64,000 bases of DNA, taken from Selaginella moellendorffii. Taxonomy: Eukaryota > Plantae > Lycopodiophyta. The notes under the pieces are model-generated. The model did no database searches. It worked only from the letters and a program-made list of their open reading frames with translations, and was not told the DNA's origin. Positions 10,077 to 20,061 of this stretch are shown here, one piece after another. Each line of letters opens with the position of its first letter. Position 1 is the stretch's first letter. The stretch is from the NCBI RefSeq assembly GCF_000143415.4, contig NW_003314274.1, forward strand, positions 500,806 to 564,805, read 5' to 3'. A program made the position numbers and the translations under genes.

Positions 10077-13000
10077 ATGGTAAGTTTTTTAGGCCAAGTA
10101 GAAAATGGCATGAGGCCACATGCCATTCAGTAGCAACATTGGCATGCACCAATTGGGCTCTTGAGTGTAGTCCGGTTACAGATGGCGTGTAGCCTCACGC
10201 CATCTTAGGATGCAGCCTCAAGACATCTGATGCAGTGGTGAATGGCATGTGGCCTCACGTTATTTCCAGCTGCTAGCTTTTCATCTGTTAGCTCTAATTG
10301 TAGTGCATTTCTGAACAGGTGAGGAATTACGTTCTTCTTCCAGCCACTGTCAATGTGGATGCAGAGAAGGGGGAGGAGCTCACCAGTTGGACTTTCAGGA
10401 TGGAAGGCGAGGATCTGAGGCTGTACAACATAGATGGTGGGAGAAAAGAATGCATGGGGATCCTCATCCAAGTGACAGACACTCCATGCAGTTCCATGCA
10501 AGAATATGGACTGGCACTTGTGGTAGAGACAGCGTCTGCCTTCAAGATCCACCTTGCACATCCTAGCGGCTTCCCGGAGAGGGGCAGCGGCTATGAGGAA
10601 TTCCTAGAGGGAGCTAGGGAGAGGTTGTCCAGGAGGCCCACAATTTCAAAGACGTTGCAGGTCTATAAAGATCACATGGAATCCACGGACCTCACCTACG
10701 GCGATGTTCAAAAACTATATTCCAACATTGAGCCGTTGAGAGTGACTCTAGTTCGCGAAGCGAAGGGGAAGGGGGTCGATCTTGAAACTACCCCGAAGCA
10801 GAAAAGGGTGGTCAAGCTCAAGCCGACGTCCAACTCTCCTGCTCCAAAAAAGAAGCTACTAGGTGATGCCATTGCCTCGGGTTCGAACACTACACCCACC
10901 AAAAAGAAGAGCCGCAAAGAGCAGAAAGAGCAAGAAGAGGCAGCAAAAATCATCGCAGATAATAGTACTTGTTACTATTCCAACAAAGTATATACAATCG
11001 ACGTGAGCCGTATCGACATCCAAAGCAAATACAACCACAGGCTAGTATCTGATGAGTGGGTGGAGAAACTGAAGCAGAAGATGCTGGCAAGTCCAATAAC
11101 ACCCGACATCGCAGACGTGATCCCCTACTACCGAACATTGAAGGGCGAGACGAGGTTTCCAGACTTGATCAATAGGAAGGTGTTGGACGATCAGAACATC
11201 CAGTTCTATGCCGTCTCTGGGCAGCATTCTAGCTTGGCGATGCAAGAGATAGTTGTGGATATTATGGTGGGCGAGGAGGTGAAGAAAGTCTTCAAGACAA
11301 GAGTTGTCCGCCTGATAAAAGGCAACTCGCCCCTCCGATCTATCATATACATCTCCCACGCGCAGAATGTCAAGCAAGAAATGTGCTACAAATCGGGTCT
11401 GCATGAGACATTGGCACGAACACGGAAGCTCTAGGTTCAACTAAAGAAGCCACAAAAACCAGGACAAGGACGTGCATTAGCAACTAGTGCCTGGCAGGTA
11501 AGCCTCGTTGCATGTGGCATAGCATGTGGCCTCATGCCATTTTTATTGCAGGAATTCTCGAGTCTTCTCTCGAAAACACTAAGGGTCAATGACACACTCA
11601 GCATCCATAACATTCTACTCGCGACAAAAGTTGTTTTTAACAAATGGGTAGATGTGTTGAGGAGATACCATGACGGGGAGTTGCTAAACTCAATGGGTGT
11701 GGAGGACGGCCGGAAGCCCAATGATTTGAAGCTCAACGCCTTGCATTTCTCGCGGTCTCTAGACGACGACGACCTTCTGACAGTGGCTAATGCTCTTCTA
11801 CGTGGTGAGGTAGTCTTCAACAAGACCAAAATGACTCCCGGCCATATTGTGACATACGAGGACTTGTGCACGACTCTGAGAGCTCGTGCGCTATTAAAGG
11901 ATTGGATCTTCGAGCAAGTGGCCATGGAGAGGGTGAGCATCGACACCATGCAAGAGATGATGGAAGCGCTGGAGTTGTCAAATGAAGACATCGACGAGTA
12001 CGTGAAGGGGGCCCCAAAGTTCATCGTTCTGCTGCAGGATGCCACGAAAAGTAAAGCTGAGAAGTTGGATCAGTATCCAAATTTCATTAAGAGGGATGTC
12101 AACCGCCAGCTTCAGAAACAGCTCGACCCCGCAACAGAGGCCTATCGAGAACCTTACCGGGTATACGTGAATTCAGATGAGGATCAAAGGTGGAGGAGCA
12201 TCGTTTCCCGCGGAGATGAGCAGGTCAAGAACATCTTTTGTGTGATGGACTTCACAAACGAGGAGATCACTCATGCAGACGAAGTCAGCTCCATCATTGA
12301 CTTAATGGTGGGACTTGTGGAGGTGGAATCTTCAGTCCACTATATGATCTACAACTCTGAATCCTATCACAAGTTCTGGAAGGCCTTGAACGAGGTGAAG
12401 GCTCGGTTGAAAGGCAAAGAAATGCGGGAGACCCATGGGATAATGGCTAAGAAGAAGATACCGACGAATGTCCACATCTTCACACTCGCCCTTGTTATTG
12501 GTCCTGCAGCAGAGTGGGACTGGAGTGACTTCCCAGCTTCGTTCGACAAGGCCGATCGAATTGATTTGAGGGAGGTCAATTTACCCATGCCTGAGGAACT
12601 GAAGACGGCTATGAAGCTTTCGAATCCAGAGAAAGCTCCAGGTGTAGCATGGGAAATGCTCAGCTGGGTCTTCAACGCAATAGCGGGTGGGTCACCTGCT
12701 TCCAACTCCAAGGGCAAATGCGTTGTCGAGTACAACTGCGGCAGACTATTCTTTCAAGCCGCACTACTCAAGGGTGTCCCATGTGTTGCGGTGACAAACT
12801 CCATTGAATAGGTGACTTCAATGGAGTATATAATTATAGTTGCCAAAAAAAAACAGTATCTTCTCTGCGAACCTGGTGAGTACGCACTTTAAGTTTGAAT
12901 GTTATCTCACAAGCTCTGTATGCAGGAGCCTGGCCACCCCCAGATGCTGAAACGGCGTTAACAGCTGTTGTTGAAGATACCCATGTTGGGCCGAGCTCAC

Positions 13001-16000
13001 AACCTGCACAAGGTAAGGTCACGTGAGGCCTCACGCCATTTTGATTATAGATCGTTGTGAATATTCAGACACGAGGACTGAAAAGCGCATTGGTGGCGCG
13101 TCGAAGAAGGACAAACAGACAAGGAAGAGGAAAAAAAGAGGTACAAATTATATTTGCAATGGCGTGTGGTCTCATCCCATTCCTTGCAGGAGACACTTCT
13201 TCAAAGGCAAAACAGGCAAGCACCAGCCAAGTACAACGGACGAGAGGTACCAATCATTTTTGTTATACGTGAATTCTCATGCCATTGCTTCTTGCAGCTC
13301 AAATTCCAAAGAGACTAGGGCAAGCAGCGCAGACCTCACGACAAGAACCTGAAGGTTTGATGGCGTGTGGCCCCACGCAATTAACTAATGTTCTTGCAGA
13401 TCGCGTCGAGGAAATCGAATGGAACAACGTGCCTCCAGTGGAGGAGGGGGAGGCCTCGGAGAGTGATAAGGAGAGTTCCGAAACAGGTACGATCATGACA
13501 TATGGCCCCATGCACTTATCTAAGTTTGTATTTCAGGGGAACGAGTTGAACCAATGGAAAACTTTATAAAAGGTAACTTAAAAATATTATGGGATGTTGC
13601 ATGTGTTGATGCAATAATATACAGTTCAAGTGCCAAGGAGACGTCGTGAACCTCAAATTAGGCTACCTGCAAAATAGCTTTCAGACGTTGTAGACAAAGA
13701 GATGGACAACCGACCAGGGCAGAGGAGGAAGGGTAAAAGCATTTGTGTGCTTATCGCATATGTCCTCATGCTATTTCTGTAGAACGGGCGCATAAGAAAC
13801 GAAAGCGAAAGGGAATTGAGGAGTAGGCACCTGAGGATGCAGAAGGCACGACAGAGCCTCCAAGGATGGGAAGTAAAGCGTCATGGTTATTGCGTGGGTC
13901 CTCATGCCATTTCTTGCAGATCAAGCTCAAACTGACAGTGGTCATAAAAAGCGAAAGCACGTTGGACAGTCGTCGGGATCAGAAGTGTTTGATTCGAAAA
14001 AGAAGAAGGGCAACAAAAAGATGATAGGTAATGCCTCGCGGTTATGGCGTGTGTGCTCATGCCATTCATTGCAGATCAAGGGCTAAGTGAAAGCAACCAG
14101 TCACCACCTCCTGACTTAGATTCCTATGGCAGACTCCCCTTCCCCAATCTCAATGGAGAGGTACAATGGATGAGGGATGCTTTTCAAGTCAGGGCCACGT
14201 TTTTCTCATCTCGTCGTCTTCGAAGGGTGCAAGAACTTGCAGAAACCATGTTAAGACAGTCGGGTGAGGATACAGTCCTAGGTCACGCACTAAAACACTC
14301 TATGGATGTCTTGTATTTTGAGATGGAGACTCGGCCAGATGGTTTTCCCAAGATGGTCCTGGAAGAACAAGCCATCCAGCCTGAGCAGCCTATGGAAGAA
14401 ATGCAAGAGGGGGATGAGGAGCCAGAGAAAGATAATGAGCAGGAAGAGCAGAAGGACGAAGAGGACAAAGAAGAGGAGGACAAAGAAGAGGAGGACGAAG
14501 AGGAGGAGGACGAAGAGGACTTGGATGGTCCTCACAATGGTGACGATCACAATAACGACAACGACGATGACGACGACGATGGCCAGCCTGAGGTGGCCAA
14601 AGAGCAGCGGAGGAAGGTCATACAAGACAAACCATCAGGTAAATAATAGTACATCCATTCCTAACCTTTTACCATTTCTAACATTGTCCATGTAGGTCAC
14701 AAAGCAAATGGTAAGTAGAGATTATTCAGTTGAATTAAGATACAAACTCTAGCCTTTAGTGTCAAGGAAGGATAGTGCCAAGCAAGGGTCAAAATGTATG
14801 TCCAATCCTTCAGAATCAATAGTGCGCCCAAGTGATATCGGTCCTAGTTCCTCAATAGCAGTTGATGGTAAATACAGTATAGTCGATTCAATGTGCTAAT
14901 GAGTTTGTTTTTAGTAGCACGAGAGGATACCATCTCAATCGAAGGGAGATATTTAGACATGCATATGGATCCGCCAGTGGACTCTACTTGCCTACAAGAG
15001 TCATCAGAGCTAGTGGAGGCTACTATCCATATCAACACCAGGCAAGCTGACCACGCTCCACTTGATGCTGCCCATACCACTGAGTTAGTCTTATCCACGT
15101 ATCCAACTGATGGTGACCAGGCGCCATTGGACCCGCATGAGGCCGCCCCGGCCGCCGAGCCGGTCGTTTTCCAATGGACTCGAGAGCTGAAATGGCGTGT
15201 GCCCAATCGTCTGACTACGCGCCGTTGGAACCTCCCTACACCGCCCCTGCTGCCTGTTTGGTCATGTCCACATTGCCAACGGAGGCACCAGCTGAAATGG
15301 CGTGTGATCACACGCCATCGGAACCACCCCATGCCATTGTTGAGTCAGTTGTACTAGAGTCTATAGCTGAAATGGCATGTGCCCACACGCCATCGGATGC
15401 AATTGACCCCACATTGCAGAGGAGAGTATTTCTGCCCTTCACGTTTCCCTCTCAACGATCATCGGGAGCACCATCCGCTAATATTGTAGATGGTAAAATT
15501 AACTTGTACCATTTTTTATGCTGACGCATTTCATTTCAGAGTCACGGCAAAGGTACTGTATCATTTTTTATCTGAACGGTGTCCTTTTCTCCCATGAGCG
15601 TGGCTCGTCCTTGAATGTCACTGCACCCTCCAAAGTCTACGGTCGCAAGTTGGTCAAAAGAGACAGATTCACATTAATCACACGGGAGAAACTGCGGGAT
15701 CTAATAATGACCATGCAACACTTAAAACAGAGGGCTGGATTCAATTTGCAATTGGGAGTTTGGACATCCATGATGCGCCACAATGCATTAACGTTGCTAC
15801 AGATGATGCACGATCAGACGCGAGTAATATTACCATTTGACTTTCTCCTAACGCAGGAGGATTGCTTGACTATGGTCCATGTGAGGGGTAGCAAGCCCAT
15901 CTTCGTCAAGCCAGAGGCTGTAGTGATGAACCAGACTGCTAGGTCAAGTGAAATCCTCATCATCAATGACTCGCTGATTAAAACTGTAGTGAACACGCAC

Positions 16001-16402
16001 ACATATGCAATGCACCCCATCTCTTGCAGTATGGAAACTAGGGAGAAGAAACCGTATGTTCTGGGGGACCTTGCAAAACGGCTTGGAGCGATGGTGATAG
16101 AGAACCGGCTAGTCCAGGAGGTGGCTACAGAAATCAACCAAATGGCAGATGGAACGGTATATCAGAAGCCATTTGATCGGACAGACACCAGTCATCATTT
16201 ATGGCATGTATATTGTCTAGCCAAGCACTATCCGCATCTCCATAATCTGCTCAACCGGATGGGTTCTTCAACCACTGAACATGAGCGTGGACGTATTAGA
16301 GAAGAGATGGCATTACTATTGAGTTTAAATCCTGATAGTGTGAAGAGTGATGAAATTCCAAAATTATTATATAGGCATTGGAGGCAAAAAATAACAGTCT
16401 GA
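10077..16402 (+). pseudogene. Large multi-exon gene: ParB/Srx-like domain + degenerate beta-class N6A/N4C DNA-methyltransferase-like domain + acidic/low-complexity linker + FCP1/NIF HAD-phosphatase-like domain; at least 4 in-frame TAG stops
   Basis: Spliced model: ATG 10077-10079, intron 10080-10318, exon 10319-11497, intron 11498-11551, exon 11552-12875. Phase-1 exons follow at 12926-13012, 13051-13140, 13190-13246, 13298-13354, 13400-13486, 13537-13572, 13625-13732, 13783-13872 and 13920-14027 (all multiples of 3), then 14075-~14638, less certain exons ~14.7-15.5 kb, intron 15493-15539 and last exon 15540-16402. Motifs: VYTIDVSRI...HRLVSDEWVEKLKQKM...FYAVSGQHSSLAM...ISHAQN; EKAPGVAWEMLSWVF...KGKCVVEYNCG.LFFQAALLKGVPCVAV; IIFYLNGVL...GVWTS...LTQEDC...KPIFVK...ILIINDSLIKTVVN. 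Confidence 0.65.
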
Positions 16403-16844
16403 GATGGCATGTATTTATTTAAAAATGTAACTTATTATGGCATGGGGTTCCATGCCATTGTATTAATATTAAAAGACAATTCTTTGAGAGGATTTGCATT
16501 ATACTAGAAGTGTTACAACATGTTATTGAAAGTCTACGAAGTTGTTTTATTAATAAGGGGAAAGTAAAGATTGAATGGGGACTTGGGCTCCACCTAGACT
16601 CGGAGCAACTGAGCCAACATTAAAAGGATGGAAAGAAATTGGATGACGATGACAAGGAGAAGAGAGAGGTGAAGCAGTGGCAGGGGGAGGAGAAGTGATT
16701 GAGTAGACATTTCCTTGTTTAAAATAAAATGGCATGTGCCTCAATGCAGTTGAATTTTGTTATATTTATATACTATATAAAGGTTTGGAAACCTTATTTT
16801 ACAAGTGGGATAATGACAATTCCCACTTTAACAAAATAGAGCTT

Positions 16845-17075
16845 TTTTCAAAAACAACAAGACGAAACTACAATAAGATGTTTCAAAAACTACAAGACAA
16901 AACTACATAGTAATAAAAACTACAATAAGACTTTTCAAAAAGTACAAGACAAAACTACACAGTGAAAAAAAACTACAATAAGTCTTTTAAAACTATAACA
17001 TGAAATTACAATCAAATTAAACTACAAAAAAAAAACTACATAGAAAAAAACCTACAGTGTAGTTTCAGGCCTCTG
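16845..17075. repeat. Cluster of about 12 AAACTACA-type subterminal repeats ending in a TIR-like terminus (reverse complement CAGAGGCCTGAAACTACA)
   Basis: The repeats are visible directly. The terminus abuts the remainder of a MON2 intron (gggttgttgtgatctgcag). Confidence 0.55.
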
Positions 17076-17094
17076 GGGTTGTTGTGATCTGCAG

Positions 17095-18050
17095 TTGAGA
17101 ACAGCTGCAGATCCGATTCAAGTTGCTCAAAGCGCCGATGTTCTCCGGCTTTACATGCTCACCTGTAAGACACGGAACATCAAGCTCAGCGTTCTAGGTC
17201 TCTCCTGCCTCCAGAAGCTGCTGGCTCATGACGCCATTCCACCTCTGGCCGTCCCCCAGATCCTAGAGATCCTGCAGGAGGTTAGCATTTGCAAAGTTTT
17301 TACGTACATAATTTTTTTGATATCCATGTTTTTTGTAGCACTCGGAGATCCACTACGAGGTCTTACAGCTCAAAACCCTGCAAACAATTCTGACACTTCT
17401 TCAATGTAAGCTACATCCTGGCAATGAGGTACATATATTTGTCTCTAGATTTTATTTTATTTTACTTTTCAAATAACATATACGTGGTTTTATGCAGACG
17501 AGTATGAGTATACTTCTCGGACTCTGTCTGAGGCTTCTTGGGAACTCTAGAAGTCTGGACTCGGTTCAGAGGTAAGCTTTTGTACAAACCCTGACAGACC
17601 TTACAACATGTTTTCACAGTACTGCAGCTGCAACTTTGCGTCAGGCTGTAGCACTTATCTTCAAATGCGTAGTGAATGCGGAAGAGTTGCCTTCACAGAA
17701 AGGTGGTGGAAGCAGGCATGCAGCTTGATCTAATTCGGTTTCTGGAGATGTTAGTCGCAGCATGATGGCAGCAAAGTATGTATATTTTTTCTTTTATAAC
17801 TCAGCTTCACTTAACGAGGAAGAATGAATCCTAATTCTTGTACCATAGGGCTGAGGAAAGTGTTTTGGGTTCCAGTTCAGAATCCAGAGTCACTATGACC
17901 CAAGAAGGCCGCCTAGGATTCAGCCATGAAATTAAAGCTGGATCTGGGTTGGCTCTTTCAAAATTTCTTCCTCTACAAAAGAAGCTAGCCTTGTAATCAG
18001 AACAGAGATTAATCCTGTAGGATCAACTGTGCAACACAAGGAGGTGAGCT
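17095..18050 (+). pseudogene. MON2: MON2 (ARF-GEF-like, DCB/HUS region), exons 2 to ~6, with a nonsense codon
   Basis: LSVLGLSCLQKLLAHDAI, EVLQLKTLQTILTLLQ, LLGLCLRLL, STAAATLRQAVALIF, with GT-AG introns. In-frame TGA near 17726; the gene is truncated. Confidence 0.85.
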
Positions 18051-18240
18051 GTTTGGAAAATTTCTCACTGGAATGAGGCACTCTCTGTTTCACAAAGATA
18101 AAATAAAATAAAATAAAATAAAAATGCAAGCTTAGAACCCTAGATGCGAGAGAATATCCATCTCCTCAGACTAATCACTCTCTTGTTTAGGGTTTCCGTT
18201 TACGTTTCAAGTTTTAGGTGGATCAATCTATGTGTGGCAA

Positions 18241-18295
18241 ATGGCACTAGCAGCTGCATTGGAAGCTGATCTCCGAGCTCTCTCCACGGAAGCAA
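18241..18295 (+). pseudogene. MON2: MON2 first exon fragment (MALAAALEADLRALSTEA) preceded by telo-box-containing promoter/5'UTR-like sequence
   Basis: Matches the conserved MON2 N-terminus LEsDLRALSaEA. aaccctag and tttagggttt lie at ~18135-18195. It is cut off at the junction with the antisense PPR fragment. Confidence 0.75.
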
Positions 18296-18990
18296 GCAAT
18301 TCGCCACAAACAGATCTAGCTGTTTCTTCTCCTTGCTCGGCATGGAATGGATCTCCATCCCGATGCGTAGAGCTCTCTCCCTCTTCTCGCTGGATTCGGT
18401 AGCAAGTGTGGAGCAGGTGCTGATCACCACGTCATGAGTCCGATCGTTGGGTTGAATGGTGGTATCAGCTCTCAGGACAGAGTAGTACTCCAGAGCAAGT
18501 TCAGCTTGCCCGTTTGAGCCGCAGCCCTGGATGATTGCATTGTAGGACACAACACTCCGTGTTCCCATGGAGTCGAAAATGCTGCAGGCCTCCTCAAGCT
18601 CGCCACACTTGCAGTACATATCAATCAATCCATTCATTAGGTAGATGTTGCTTTTGTGCTCATCATTCTTGAGCACAGCTTCATGGGCTTGTTTCCCCAA
18701 AGAAAGGCATCTGCTCTCAGCTGAGTCTCTAATCAGCCTCCCTAAACTCACTGGGTTATCACCAGCTACAGGTGGGGCATGTGGAAACTTGTAGCAGGCC
18801 GTGGTGGCCTTACCTACAGCTGGGTCAGCGAGCGACTCGAGTTTTGCAGAGACCCAGGTGGGTGTTTTCCTGTTGGCGATCCACGCTCTCTCCGGTTGAA
18901 ACATGTTTGAAATCTGGGAAGTACTTGTTTCTCTTGTTGAACCAGAAAGTGGGATCCCTGAAAAACTTTTCCACTTCTCGAGCATGAGAT
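18296..18990 (-). pseudogene. N-terminal PLS-class PPR gene fragment (truncated)
   Basis: SLGKQAHEAVLK...NIYLMNGLIDMYCKCGELEEACSIFDSMGTRSVVSYNAII. It is near-identical to repeat units of the 20062-21835 PPR and breaks off at the MON2 exon-1 junction. Confidence 0.85.
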
Positions 18991-19359
18991 TGTTTGTGTC
19001 GACCCGCCCACCCAAAGACCCGCCGCGCGGCCCCGTGGCAGTCATACAACACCACGAACGAGGTGGCGGCAGTCGTACAGTGCCACGAACCACAAACGAG
19101 TCTGGAGCAGCAAGTCGACCTTGGCCTGAGCAAAATACACGATCAGTGGAAACTCCACGTGTTCTCCACCACCGCCTTGTGCACCCAATACGCCTCCATG
19201 GATGCACTGCCGCTCTATCGGCACACAAACCGCACGCAGACCTGGTGACGTGGATGTACCACGTCACCAGTGCCATGTCATCTGTGCGGCGCCGGGACGA
19301 AACTAGCGACCTCAACCGGAAAACTAAATCCCAGCACCGTTGGCCAGCCAGCTGTTAAT

Positions 19360-19910
19360 GTGGCCGGAGTGATGTGGCGCTCAAGCGCCTTGCTCGAAAG
19401 GTGTTTGAACTCCTGATCTAACTCTTGATCCAGCCTTTGATCCAACTTGTATATGTGGTTTTGTGTATTATGTTACAGGTTGGTGGGACTTTCATGCTCT
19501 TGTTCACTGCGGCCACAACTCCAATCGTCAACAAGCAGATGGGAGGGCTCTCAGTGTTGGCTGTAGCACCTGTGGGTGTAGCTATCATCATCTCCTCAAC
19601 AGCTCATATTTGTGGAGCTCATCTCAACCCCACTGTTACCATCAGCTTTGCCGCACTCAGACCGAGAAAAGCTTTTTGTTTCTCTTTTTTATAAATCTTT
19701 TCACACCACAGTCTTTCAGGTTCCGGTATTACCGCACAAGTGCTGGGTTCGGTTCTGGCTTCATTTGCTTTGAAAGTCATCTATGTCCCGGACATGCTGG
19801 CGGGGTGACAGTTCCTGTGGGATCAGATGCTCAGGTCTTCATTCTGGAGCTCATCATCTCCTTCATTCTCATGTTTGTTGTCACTGCCGTTTCAACAGAC
19901 AAGTTTGCGG
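19360..19910 (+). pseudogene. NIP-type aquaporin fragment (NIP5/6-like), frameshifted, lacking the second NPA exon
   Basis: VGGTFMLLFTAATTPIVNKQ, STAHICGAHLNPTVTISFAALR, GGVTVPVGSDAQVFILELIISFILMFVVTAVSTD. Internal deletions and a frameshift near 19720-19790. Confidence 0.85.
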
Positions 19911-20061
19911 TAAGGACTATGGAGGTTCTGTTGAATCAGAGGGAAAAAACAATTCATTCAAATGGCAAATGAAATTTCAGTTTTATATTGGTGTACTTCT
20001 TGAAGTTTTCAAAAGTAGTCGGTGAAAAGGCAAACAAGTTTGTGAAAAAACGAACCAGTTT

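Larger units (their letters stand above)
7255..17075. mobile_element. Putative DNA-transposon-derived element defined by a dispersed ~22-bp palindrome, carrying the ParB/MTase/FCP1-like gene
   Basis: The palindrome family is confined to ~7258-16750. It sits between two truncated host pseudogenes (ArgE, MON2). The right end has AAACTACA subterminal repeats and a TIR-like terminus at 17075. No transposase or matching left TIR was recognised, so the boundaries are approximate. Confidence 0.5.

Noticed and set aside
7255-16750. Palindromic repeats as a CRISPR array
   Set aside because: Eukaryotic context, irregular spacing (about 60 bp to 1.5 kb), degenerate copies, intervening DNA is exons, and no cas genes.
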